DNA of 64,000 nt from Penicillus capitatus. Its lineage: Eukaryota > Plantae > Chlorophyta. The stretch lies in assembly GCA_965649825.1 (NCBI GenBank), contig OZ287698.1:1069949-1133948 (forward strand), given 5' to 3'. This document shows, in pieces, positions 1-11,848 of the stretch. Positions within the stretch are counted from its first letter, which is position 1. Every line of letters begins with the position of its first letter. The notes beneath the pieces are model-generated. The model saw only the letters and a program-made list of their open reading frames with translations. It had not been told where the DNA came from and ran no database searches. A program made the translations under genes and the position numbers.

Positions 1-47
1 CTTCGTGCTTTTGTTGGGACTCGCCTATCTGTTTAAAATGACTTCCT

Positions 48-2357
48 TCAGCAACGGCTTCTTCTTTCTGTCCTCTCTCTTTTGATCGGCGCCGTTCGAT
101 GGCGCGCTTTGCTGTCCATAGCTGATGACGTGACAGTCGGAAAGATTCTCTTCGGGTCGACATCACCGATGATGTGTCGCTGAGGACGGATGCCGGTGCA
201 CACTCTCGTGCCTGCTCTCTGAAGATTCTCGCCTCCAACAGCAACCAGAACAGACAGCATTCCACTTCCATCAATAGTTTTCGGATCTCAAATGTCCCAT
301 CAGATGCCTCTTCTGACGCATCTGCTTGGGAGGTGACATTGGCTCTTAACTGACTCAGGATGCTTTCGAGATCGGACGAAAAAACGAGGGAATTGAGATC
401 TGCCTTGGTACGACTCAGAACTGAATGCGTTGCACTGTTCAATCGCTTTTTCGGAGTACTCTGTGTCTTCAACTGTGAGGCATTCTTGACCGAACGCAGA
501 CAGGAATGCGTGGCAACATCCATCATGGACTGTTTCAATCCTTCCATCACAGCATCTGAGATATCAAAGAATCGCTCCTTCAGATTTCGAACGAGAGAAA
601 CGAAGTGCCGTTGGTTTGATGCTCTGACACATTCCAGCTCCTGTACTGATTGCTGATTCTGTGATGTCAGCTTCGATTGCAGCTGATCTCTTTCGGTCTC
701 CAGTTCAGCCCGTTTCGTCTCTACCGACCCATGCTCTTGTCGTAACCGTATGTTCTCTGCATCTGTCCTCTGTTTCTCTTCTTCGGAAAACTGATATCTT
801 TCTCGCAGTTCGTCTCTTTCCTGAATATCTATGCTTCTTTTTTAACTCTTGCAGAATCTGAAGTCACCTGCTGTGCATCTCGCATATCGTCGGCCAGTTT
901 CTCGGAGTGATCACGCAGCTGGCTGACTTCCTCTTCAAGTTTCGTCATCTTCTCTTTCAAATCTGTCTCGAGCATGTTTCTCGCATCGATCTGATTCCTT
1001 AGGTCGTCGAGCGTGTCCTGAAGTATCTTCTTCCTTTCGTCTGCTTCGATCAAGAGCGCCCTAGAACATGACACGCGTCGTTTGCATCTCTCATCGACAG
1101 AGCAGTACTTCATTTCGTTGTCACGGTTGACGAATTCTTGAACAGAGGTAAAACCATACTCCCCTAGCACTCGATTCGTATCCAAGACCTCTCGACTGAG
1201 TCTCTCTTTCTCTTCTAGAAAGGAATGAATCGCCGAAGTGCTCTGTCCGATCGTTCTCTGTGTCGAATGGACTTCTTCTGCAGCTTCCTCAAAAAACTTT
1301 TGCTGAATCTGCAACGTCCTGTTGCATCCTCGTTCGATCACATTTCTCAAATCGCTTAACAACGATCTCCCCTCGTCCTTTTGCTCCGACAGCATCGAAG
1401 AAATCTTCCGATCGACGATCGACAACTCGTGACAGATCCTTTCTTGATACTGCTGTCTCAGTTTCGTCTTCATCTCCCGAAAGTCTTTCTCCTTCTTCTC
1501 TTCAGCCGTCTGCCACGGAATGCATTTCAGTTGCAGCAGGTATTGCCCGAACACGTCGAGTACTTTCAGCACGTCGCTGCACTTTTCACTCCAGTACGCT
1601 TCTTGGTTGTTCAGCTTTGCCTCCAGATTCAGAATCTCTTCTTTCAGCTTCTGTATCATGTTTTCTCTCTCTTGTTTGTATTTTGCATGGCGATGCTCCA
1701 GCTCTTGTACCGTCTTAGATTTCTGCCGGACCTGTGTCTTCAGTTCCTCCATTCGGCACTCTGCTTCTTTATTTCGGTTCCTTAGATTTCGTGCATCGCG
1801 TTGCGTTTGGGCTGTCTGACAAGTGGCCTGATGCTTTTCCCTTTCCGCTTCGATGAACCTCTTCTTAACTCTCGCTACCTCTAATCCCATAGTCCTCCTG
1901 TCAGCCTCCGCCTGAGCATCACACAACATCAAAGATCCAAAGCAGTCTATGCCAAAATGCAGCACACCTCGAGTTTCATCGCTTGCTTGTCTTTGAGGTG
2001 CCGTTGCGTCATGGCCCTCATTTCTTTCTCATGCTGAAGCTTCAGTTTCTTAGTTACCTCGACTTCTTTAAGCTTGACGCGCTCTGTGCATTGATCTGAG
2101 CTTAGCTGAACAATGGCCTGACATATCATCGGCGTTGAAGATGAACAGATGGTGGTGCATAAGGATCAAGAGATGACCTGTACATCGAGTGGATAGTGCT
2201 CAAAGCGATCATCTGTTTTCCATGTCGCATTGGGAGAAAGAGCGTCGAACATTTCGCGGAGAATCTCGCGTCGCACTTCGGCGCGATTCGCGTCGCCGTC
2301 GTTGTCTCGAGTCATCGCCGTCGTCGTCATGATTTCTATAAAGATGTCACATCTCAC
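48..2357 (-). CDS. Multi-exon coiled-coil protein of unknown function (boundaries approximate)
   Basis: 378-aa heptad-rich E/K/Q/R/L ORF at 829-1965. Similar helical reading frames continue on the minus strand at 1947-2357 and 48-830. No family motif recognised. Confidence 0.5.
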
Positions 2358-2487
2358 TCATTCGTGCATAACAAAACGGGCAAAACCCTTTTCATCATCG
2401 ATCACTCCTGCAAGCAACGTTCAGTAGAAAAACTGCAGCAACTGGCATAATGGGTATGGACGGCACTCTGGTACACCATCTCTTCTT

Positions 2488-3543
2488 CTATGATGAAGAA
2501 AGGAGTTTGGTACCCAGTTTGCCCCACATCAAGGAACCAAAGACACCGACCATCACTGCTCCACCCACGATGTTGCCAAGTGTGACCGGGAGCAAGTTCT
2601 TCATCAGGAATGTCATGAAGGTGATCTCAGACCCGGAGTAAATGCCAAAGGGTACGAAGAACATATTGGCGATGGAGTGTTCGAACCCCATGGCAACAAA
2701 ACTGGAGATGGGGATGAAGACACCCAGGACTTTGCCAGGCAAAGTGGTGGCCGCGGTGGCACACCAAACAGCCAAACACACGAGCCAATTGGCAAGGATA
2801 CCTCTAAGGAATGCCTAGATCACACACGTCAGTGAAGCAGCTGCGGTGCTGTTCAGGAAATGTGACTTGAACGAAAGTGAGTGAGGTCTTGGAGGCAGCC
2901 AGGGTTGTGGCAAGTGGCGAACCAGAGATGCCGCTCTGCTGAATGAGATAGATCATCAGCAAGACGCCGATGAAGTTGCCGATGAACGAAATCGACCAAT
3001 TTTTCATCAATTCTGGCGCAGTGGCTTTCTCTTCCAAAACAGCAGCAGTGACAACAGCCGTGTTGCCAGTAAAGAGCTCGGTTCCAGTCAAAATGATCGA
3101 GAGAAGGCCAAAGGGGAGGCCAATTAAGCCAAAGAGCAATTTCCCAAGGCCGGGATTTGCTTGAGCGAGACCAGGACAGGAACCACCAACACACAGACAG
3201 AGAAAAGCACCATAGCCAATGAAAGCGCCGCCAATGACGGAGGCAAAGAACGTCTTCAACACAGGCAATTTGGCCTTCTTTGAGCCAAGATCGACAATAC
3301 GGTCATAAACGACGGGAGGGGGTGCCACCTGTGGTTCGGCTATCTGGGAACGCACTGCGAGCAACATAGCCGGCATCTAAAGACGCCGGTGGACTGGTTA
3401 AAGCTACCAACGAGGTTGGGAGAACGCAGTGAGATTCTTGGTCGGAATGGGAGTCTTGTCGATTGTGGAAGGACTGTCTTCACAAAGCTTCGCGTTGCAA
3501 CGAAGGGCGCTGCAACGCAGCGAGCGGCGGTGTTTGTTTGCAT
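2488..3543 (-). CDS. NAR1: Formate/nitrite transporter (FNT/NAR1 family) with probable chloroplast transit peptide
   Basis: FNT motifs IILTGTELFTGNT, NWSISFIGNFIG, FVAMGFEHSIANMFF and LLPVTLGNIVGG. The first exon MQTNTAARCVAAPFVATRSF... is A/R/S/T-rich, like a transit peptide. Confidence 0.9.
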
Positions 3544-4131
3544 GATGGCAGCTCGGTATGCGACACGAATCTGTAAGAGATCTGGGGTCACTTCATGAAG
3601 GGTTCCTGACGGAAAGGGGCTTCGTCCGAGGAAGGTCAAGAAAAACGGATAAGGACCATGTGCCGGTATCGGCAGAGAGATATCGTGTTTCCGGAGCAGA
3701 TGCGAGGGAGGCTCTCTCAGCCCGTGCTGTTGTCGATTGCGGATAGGTAGGTCCTGAAAAAGTTATGAGCCACGGAAGGATACATGGATGTTCATCAAGT
3801 TACTTTGTATCGCCTCTCTTACAATGTTCATTCATCGTGAAGCAAGATCTGGTGTCGATGAAGTCGATCCCCGTAATGTCAGAAACTCCAAAATACCTCC
3901 CCTCAATGATGAATAATCGTTGGCCTTTCATTTGGGCAACGTTAGGCTGTGAAGGTGCTACATAGAAAAGAAATGTGAAATGCGTTTGTATGGTCCACTT
4001 CTATCATGCACTTTCGTCAGCATCTGTGAAAATGCAGCCAGTTTTAAAAGGAGAGCGTAGATGATCGTTGAAGTAAGTAAATTTAAACGTCGCCAATTTT
4101 TGCTTCAATTGAACAGTAGATAGAGTTCAGG

Positions 4132-5968
4132 ATGTCATCTTCCGAAACCGCTGATCGATTAACTGAGCAAGAGACCCGTCGACAAATTGTCGAAGTCAAT
4201 CAAACTGTCGGAATGAAGAACATAGTGCGTCTTGACATCGCAAAACGGATGTTAGGCAGTCGTACTTCAGGCCATTATCGGCGGCGGTCTTTCTGGACTC
4301 GTATGTGCACGCGAATGTCTTCGCGAAGGCCATCGCGTTTCCGTCTTCGAAAAGAAGAAGGAGATCGGCGGGACATGGAACTTCGAAGCGGTCCCTACGG
4401 AAAATCAGATTAAGAACGGTCCGTTCATTTGTTGTAGCTGCGATAGATGCATCATGACAATATACAGTCTTTGACGAGGATTGGCCGAGTCTGACGCGTT
4501 CAGTGCACAGCAGTATGCAAAACAGCTTGAGAGTGAATTTGCCTCGTGAAATCACGGGCTTCACAGATTTCCCCTTCGATGATAAATTCGAAGGATCGCA
4601 GGACAAGCGACGTTACTGCAGTCACGAGGAGGTAGATCCTCGATCCACAAATGGCACACATCGTTGATGCTGCTCCTCAGGTGAATCGATACCTCAAGGC
4701 GTATGTTAAGTACTTCGATCTGGAGCAGTTTGTTCAATTCGATTCCAAGGTGATCAATGTCGACGTTATTGAGAAGAGCAGTGTGAAGTGGAACGTCGAG
4801 GTGATGTCCGACGAGAAAACAACCGTAAGGACCAATAGAGGCGACTGTCACGAATCACTTGTGCTGTCTGCAGGTGCACGAATTCGATGCCGTCGTGGTT
4901 TCGAACGGACAGTATACGATTCCAAACATCCCAGACATTAAGAACATCGACAAATTCGAGAATCCCTGCGTCCACAGCCATCTCTATCGCAACGCAGATC
5001 CCTTCGAGGGGAAGACTGTTGTTGTTCATGGTCAGCGATCTCTGCAGCGAATCCGATCACGGATTTGATGGTTTGGTACAGGAGGCTCGTTTTCAGCTAG
5101 GGATATTTCACTGGAAGTCGCCGAAGTCGGTGAAGTTGTGTATGTTTGTTCAAGAACTTACTTGGAAGGAACCGATGTATCGATGCCTCTCGGAAAAAAA
5201 CAGAACGTCCATCTCCTGACAGACATCGCCGAATGCACAGGGAAAGGCGCACTTAAACTTAAGGTGTCTGTCTATCCAGCCCTTCTTGTGTCCACGTGTG
5301 TCTCTCCACAGGATGGACGCGTGTTGGAGAACGTTGACGTCTTGATCTTCTGCACTGGCTACCGCTACGAGTTTCCTTTCTTGAAGAAGTCTGGATTGGT
5401 GCAAACAGACGAGGGGTTCGTCTATCCAGTCTACCGCCACATCTTCCATCCGCGCTACCCAACCCTCGCGTTCACAAGTCTCCCATCCTTGAGTTCTGCT
5501 CAGCATTTGATACGGTTTTCACGTGCAGCTCTGCCGGACCGCATTCTTGCATCGATGATAGCGGAATTCCAGTCCAAGTACATAGCGCGAGTGTTCTCTG
5601 GCCGTTGTGCCCTGCCAGATGCCGAGACAATGTTGGACGTTATTGATCGGTCTGTTGAGCAACACAAGAAAGAACACGGAACCCTCAAGTATGCCCATCC
5701 TTGTTACTTTTTATATTGCCGAGTCTGTTCGCACAGGACGTATCATCACTTGCCATTTACCCAGTTCGACTATATGAGACAATTGGCAGAAGACTGTGGC
5801 GATGTGACCCCTTTGTCAGAATGGAGAGAGCCGATGATTTTTCTGGCGATGGACGTCCTGGTCAGATTCCCGGAAGGCTTCAGAGATAGAGAGACGAATC
5901 ATCCTTGTTTTCGTCAAGCTGAACAAGAAATCGATGCTGTGCGTGCAAACATGAAGTCAACTCTATAA
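4132..5968 (+). CDS. Flavin-containing monooxygenase, tandem copy 1
   Basis: After splicing: NI-AIIGGGLSG (FAD motif), EIGGTW, VHSSMQNSLRVNLPRE, FMO-like FENPCVHSHLY, VVVHGGSFSA (NADPH motif) and FCTGY. Short GT-AG introns. Confidence 0.9.
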
Positions 5969-6633
5969 GCATGCAAGATATGGATTCTTGTTTGTTCGAC
6001 GATTCCTCTGTCTCGTTTCTTTCTTTGCCTAAATGCCATACTTACCGACTGCAATAGACTTATTTGGCTATTGATCGAGTAGGAACATGCAGACATTTAA
6101 CGCGGCGATTCTATGATAACTGTGTGGTTGGACGAGAAATTCCCAAAGATAACTACGTCGAGTTTTTAGAGCCATTGCAGCCTTCTAGTTTGTATTTGTA
6201 CTCGCCATATATTTCCGTACTAATCTACTTTCATATAATGTCCAAAACTGGTGCTCTGGCAAGTAGCATTATTCTCAAGCATGCGTCCATCCTAGACGCG
6301 TCTCATCAAGAAATTGGAGGGCTTCGTTTTGCAGAGGATACCATCCCGATTCCTTATGTTTCTGATTGTCAAGTCCCCAGAAGGACAAAGATCAGAAAAA
6401 TGTGGACTTTGCATGAAAAAATGCATCCTTGCGTTGAACTCTGTTGTATTCTGAAAATGCTAAAATCGTTAGCCATTACTTAAAGAGCACCATCACAGGA
6501 AGATTTAATCTAACGACGCATCGTATCAATCTTTGTCGCCAATCTCCACTGTCGCAGCGCCAATCATTTTCGGTGTTGATAGCAGATCGAAGCGATGTCG
6601 GTTTCCACCGCGGCCGTTCGACCATCCGCTGTG

Positions 6634-8443
6634 ATGCAGCATCAGGAACATATTAGTGAGACCGACAGAGGCGCCGGAATAAAAAGAGTGGTGCGTGCGG
6701 CCGAACCCGCTTGGCGGCTTTGAGAGTACATGCCAAGCAGGCCATTATCGGCGGAGGCATTTCTGGACTCTTGTGTGCACGCGAATGTCTTCGCGAAGGC
6801 CATCGCGTTTCCGTCTTCGAAAAGAAGAAGGAGATCGGCGGGACATGGAACTTCGAGTCGGTTTCGAGTGACCTACAGATCAAGAACGGTACGTCTGCCC
6901 GTCCTGTAGTAAACAAGATGGATACCCTAATCGTATGCAGTCTTTGACGAGGATTGGCCGAGTCTAACGCGTTCAGTGCACAGCAGTCTGTTCAGCAATG
7001 TGAGGGTGAATAATCCCAGAGAAGTCATGGGCTTCACAGAATTTCCTTTCGATGACAAATTCGAAGGATCACAGGACAAGCGACGTTACTGCAGTCACGA
7101 GGAGGTAGAGCCCCGATCCACAAATGGCACACATCGTTGATCGCGTTCTTCAGGTGAATCGATACCTTAAGGCGTATGTTAAGTACTTCGATCTGGAGCA
7201 GTTCATTCAATTCGACTCCAAGGTGATCAATGTCGACGTTATTGAGAAGAGCAGTGTGAAGTGGAACGTTGAAGTGATGTCCGACGAGAAAACAACCGTA
7301 AGGACCAATAGGGGCGACCGTCACGAGTCACTTGTGTTTCCTGCAGGTGCACGAATTCGATGCCGTCGTGGTTTCGAACGGACAGTATACGATTCCAAAC
7401 ATTCCAGACATTAAGAACATCAGCAAATTCGAGAATCCCTGTGTCCACAGCCATCTCTATCGCAACGCAGATCCCTTCGAGGGGAAGACTGTTGTTGTTC
7501 ACGGTCAGCCATCTCTGCAGTGAATCCGATCACGGATTTGATGGTTTGGCACAGGCGGATCGTACTCCGGAAGAGATATCGCACTAGAAACCGGGCAAAT
7601 TGGCAAAGATGTATACATCTGCTCGAGAACTTACTTGAAAGGAACCGATGTATCGAAGCCTCTCGGAAAAAAACAGAACGTCCATCTCCTGACTGACATC
7701 GCCGAGTGCACAGGGAAAGGCACACTTAAACTTAAGGTGTCTGTCTATCCAGCTCTTCTTGTGTCCACGAATATCTCTCCACAGGATGGACGTGTGTTGG
7801 AGAACGTCGACGTCTTGATCTTCTGCACTGGCTACCGCTACGAGTTTCCTTTCTTGAAGAAGTCTGGGTTGGTGCAAACAGACGAGAGATTCGTCTATCC
7901 AGTCTACCGCCACATCTTCCATCCTCGCTACCCAACCCTCGCGTTCACAAGTCTTTCGCCCTTAAGGTCTCCTCAGCATCTGATATTTGTTCTTTGGATG
8001 TAGCTCTGCCAGACCGCATCCTTGCATCGATGATAGCGGAATTCCAGTCCAAGTACATAGCGCGAGTGTTCTCTGGTCGCTGTGCTCTGCCAGATGCCGA
8101 GACAATGTTGGACGCGATTGATCGGTCTGTTGAGCAACACAAGAAAGAACGTGGAACCCTCGAGTGTGTTCATCCTTGTATCATCTAATAATGTCAAGTC
8201 TGTTTGTGCAGGACGTATCATCACTTGCCATTCACCCAGTTCGACTACATCAGATCATTGGCAGAAGACTGTGGTGATGTGACACCGTTGCCAGACTGGA
8301 GAGAGCAGATGTATGCACTGGCAGGGCAAGTACTCACTCAATTCCCCGAGAATTTCAGAGACAGGAAGATGAATGACCCTGTCTTCGAACAAGCCAAAAA
8401 AGAGATTGACGCTATCCGCGCGCGTATGGATTCTCGTACGTGA
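6634..8443 (+). CDS. Flavin-containing monooxygenase, tandem copy 2
   Basis: Same exon structure as copy 1: RV-AIIGGGISG, VHSSLFSNVRVNNPRE, FENPCVHSHLY, HGGSYSG and FCTGY. High nucleotide identity to 4260-5790. Confidence 0.9.
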
Positions 8444-8962
8444 AGGGGGCAAAGACCAGAGACCTCTCATCTTCATTCTTACCAATTGTTTATTTCTGTG
8501 CTCGATTATTTGCTTTGGACCACCTGTCAGCGCGAACAGGACATCCATCTTTTTTGGACCCATCTAATATGGCCAATTAAGTTCGTGGCAAGCTGCATAG
8601 AATGCCACGACAGAGCAAAATGTCCATGAGTTTTTAACATGGGCAGTGAGAATCTGTTTTATGTTGCCGTTCTCCGAAAGCTGATCGGATTGCTCTGATT
8701 TCTATACTTTGTCGTCGGAGATTCATCCTTTAAAGTTGTCTCGTACAGAGATGTGACACGAAGCGAACGGCGAAAAGATAATAAGGTATAGAGTTGCTGT
8801 CACTATCAGAGAAAAAGTCCGCGAAAAAGTTTACGGTTTATCAAATCGACAACGACTTTCAAATCATCTCGACTGCGTCAATGAAAGGTGTTCTGCGACG
8901 TCGACTCGGAGGAATTGAACATGAAAGCGTTCTGACAGGCACTCTGTTTTAACTTAGAGTGT

Positions 8963-9119
8963 TGTTCTGATGGAATACGATGAGAATAATCTAGAAAAAA
9001 TGAACATTAAAACGGACGTGCTGGAACACAGGATTGTAATTGCGATCTGTACGTTTCACAAACGAACAGCCTACCGCGAACGCGCATTCCTTTACCCTTT
9101 CGAGCGAATTCTCAAAACA
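8963..9119 (+). repeat. 5' LTR (157 bp)
   Basis: Direct repeat of 20716-20872; TG...CA ends with a 4-bp terminal inverted repeat. Confidence 0.95.
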
Positions 9120-10537
9120 TGGTTTCGGAGCGAGGTCTGCATGGCCTGCTCCTCTTCGGATTGAGCCTATTCTGGGTGACTGCACTTTGGGGTCACCAAT
9201 CTGCTGACCTTTCAGATGTCAGAAAGACCACACTTGAGACCATCCGACACTTCGTACACGGACAAGGCGACTGGACAGACGACTACATTTTCGGTATAAA
9301 AAGAAATCTGGATCTACAACTGCTCCACGAAACAGGGGAAAGAAAGGCCGTGGCAGTAATCTTGTATTGCACAACAAACAAGTGTGACAGCATCTCGGAA
9401 CGGCTCAGGACAATGAGCACCGAAAAAAATTCACACATGGAAGACTGCATGCACTACATAAAGGGACACAGTGCAGAACACGAGGATCTTGGAGGACAGA
9501 CGCAACAAACGATCATTGATGCGATCGGTGAATGTCCAAACAGCGTCATCGTATACGATGCTCTACAGGGAATGACCCTGAGTGAGGCGAAGGTTCTTGT
9601 CAATGTTCTGTCAGAGGGAGGATCACTTACCTGGGACGGAAAAACGATAAAAACCACAAACAGTTTGCTTTTCTTAGTAGTAAGTGGGACACCATCCGAT
9701 AGGGAATGGCGACCGAAGGAGCTTCTAGAGACAGCGCGGCATCGAGTATATGAAATGATAGTCGGGGATAGCGATAACAACGAAACCCGTGTCTCGACCG
9801 AAAGGGCCCTACGTCGAAGATTTGAAGAGGCTGTGCCGATCTCCCAAGATGATTATCAGAGGGCCCGGGTTGATGAACCGGAGGTGATGGTCGAAGAGTC
9901 TGCAGAAGGCCCAGCCAAGGCCGAGGATCCAGAAGTGCTGATAGAGGAATCTAGAGAGAGCCCAGAGCCAACGCGTGAGGAAAGCCAAGCATCAATGGAA
10001 ACACCGGAACAAGAAGCAGTGACAGAGACGACTCCGGAAGATGTCTTCAATATGCGAGGAGTTGAAGACGCTCTGCCTCAAGCTGAGTGGCCGCTCACAG
10101 TGGAACCAGGGGAGGTTACGCCAGAGATGGGCTTTCAAGAACGCGCCTTCAACGTATTAACACAGTCGGTATTGACAATGGGAATACACGGAATCGTCAA
10201 TTGGATGGTTGGAGGACGGGTTACCGTAGCAGTATCATCACCTGGGATAATCTCAGCCTTCACCGCAGCGACCCTCAACAACATGCCAAAGAAAGAAAGT
10301 AAAATGGAACGGGACATAAAGGTTTTCCTCCGAACGGCTCACGAATTCATGAAATTGATGAATCACACCGCGGAAGTGGGAGAGAAACACAAGAAGCTAA
10401 CGATCGGGAGCGACGACAGGATGTCGGACGATATGGCGGATGAAATGAAGAAGACGTTGCACAACATCAAAGGCCACATGGAAAACATCACATCCATCCT
10501 CGACGAATGCGCATGTGACGACATAAACGACGGATAG
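9119..10537 (+). CDS. Extra ORF of the LTR element: signal peptide, torsin/Clp-like AAA+ pseudo-ATPase domain, acidic linker and hydrophobic segment
   Basis: 472-aa open ORF inside the LTRs, with N-terminal LLLFGLSLFWVTALWG. Motif order FVHGQ, KAVAVILY, ECPNSVIVYD, VLVNVLSEGG...DGKTIKTTNSLLFLV, LRRRFEEAVPI parallels torsin/ClpB AAA+ domains (by-eye alignment). Confidence 0.6.
   Translation: MVSERGLHGLLLFGLSLFWVTALWGHQSADLSDVRKTTLETIRHFVHGQGDWTDDYIFGIKRNLDLQLLHETGERKAVAVILYCTTNKCDSISERLRTMSTEKNSHMEDCMHYIKGHSAEHEDLGGQTQQTIIDAIGECPNSVIVYDALQGMTLSEAKVLVNVLSEGGSLTWDGKTIKTTNSLLFLVVSGTPSDREWRPKELLETARHRVYEMIVGDSDNNETRVSTERALRRRFEEAVPISQDDYQRARVDEPEVMVEESAEGPAKAEDPEVLIEESRESPEPTREESQASMETPEQEAVTETTPEDVFNMRGVEDALPQAEWPLTVEPGEVTPEMGFQERAFNVLTQSVLTMGIHGIVNWMVGGRVTVAVSSPGIISAFTAATLNNMPKKESKMERDIKVFLRTAHEFMKLMNHTAEVGEKHKKLTIGSDDRMSDDMADEMKKTLHNIKGHMENITSILDECACDDINDG
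9120..9131 (+). promoter_or_regulatory. Primer-binding site, tRNA-iMet-like
   Basis: TGGTTTCGGAGC directly abuts the LTR. It differs from the plant iMet PBS TGGTATCAGAGC at two positions, one of which allows a G:U pair. Confidence 0.65.
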
Positions 10538-10606
10538 AAAACTAGTCGAGGAGAAGAAACCTGGATAGAGAGAATAGTCACGCGGATCCTCGGCGCTCGA
10601 GATAAC

Positions 10607-11848
10607 ATGGTGACGTGGACCGTTGGAGTCTTGTGGGATATATTCGGCTGGCCGGCCCTGCGAGGGGCATTGATAACGAAGAATGGTTGGCAACTGCTCG
10701 GAGTCATGATTGTCCTGGGGAAGATCATAAACTTGATTGGATCGATCTTCGCATGTTTGGCGCGGAAGATAAGAATGGTAATAGGCATCGTTCGAGGCCT
10801 ATGGTGGACAATGAGATTCGCATGGTTTTGCCTAAGATTCGATTGGGAAGGCCTAAAAGGTTTATGGACGTCCAAAAAGGAGGGATACACGCAGCAGCCT
10901 CAGCAACCGCAACCGCAACAGCCTCAGAGAGAAGAAGAAATCGTGACTATATGTGATGCGAGACAGGAACGTATGATGCAAGAAGTCAGAGAAGAGATTC
11001 GCAATCTCACAGAAGGTGTTGCGCGAAATGCAGAAGAGATGGAGGAAAGGGTAATCAATCAACAACGGATGATGCAAGGCACGATTGAATCAAGCCTCCA
11101 AACTTTAAATCGAAGAGTGGAAGAGTCGGACGACAGAATTCGAAGGGATCCACAGGCGCCAAGGCAGCATGCACGAGTCCCATCGATGAATGACTGGATT
11201 GAAGCGGAGAGAAGGCACCGGGGAGGTGGTATGACAGATCATGACCGCAGACGACTTGAGAGGCAGTATCGGAGAGTGCAGGAACATGTGCAAAGGCAAC
11301 CACAAGGAGGAGTGGGAGAAATACAACCAGACGTACATATCGACCAAGTCAAAAGGCAACAAGTTACATTCGGTCCAGTGATCCAAGATCTGCAAAGAAT
11401 GTTGCCCAAAGGAAAGGAAGATATTAGCCAGTTTGCGATTCGGTTGACGACTTTAATGGACAAGATCCGACATCCAGAGAAGTACATGGTCGCGTTCGAA
11501 CGCGTTTTTCAATATTGCCCATCCGAGAATACAGGCCCAACTTAGGACGCTTGGCTGTGACAACGCCCAAGAGTGGTCACGGGTCCAAAGAATCTTGCAC
11601 GAGTTTTATATCCAATGGACGTAGCACAGCAAGAATTCCGTTCCCCGGCAGACAATACGTTAAATCAGATGGACATGGATATCTATGTGAACATTGCAAG
11701 ACAAGAGGTCACTCAGAGAAGGATTGTCCACAAAGAAACTCAAAGATGACAGTGGTCAAAGATCGTATTCCCCAGACAAACGTTGTACATACAGACGACA
11801 CGAAAACGGGGACAACTCAAAAAAGGCTAATTCGATACAACCTTCCGT
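10607..11848 (+). pseudogene. Gag (hydrophobic N-terminus, coiled coil, CCHC knuckle), frameshifted and interrupted by the LINE
   Basis: Zinc knuckle CEHCKTRGHSEKDC at about 11685-11727. Frame breaks near 11520 and 11610. Joins the protease in frame once the LINE is removed (KRLIRYNLP|LKIAGIP). Confidence 0.85.

Noticed and set aside
2488-8443. NAR1 next to FMOs as a possible nitrogen-metabolism cluster
   Set aside because: No nitrate or nitrite reductase or NRT2 gene nearby; adjacency alone is not evidence.
8970-9164. 64-65 aa ORFs starting inside both LTRs (MEYDENNLEK...)
   Set aside because: They are simply the LTR read in an open frame, and their C-termini differ with the flanking sequence. 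No evidence of function.
11835-11848. Shared TCCGT in the TSDs of both LINEs as a target preference
   Set aside because: The motif sits at different positions relative to the cut sites, and two sites are too few to infer specificity.
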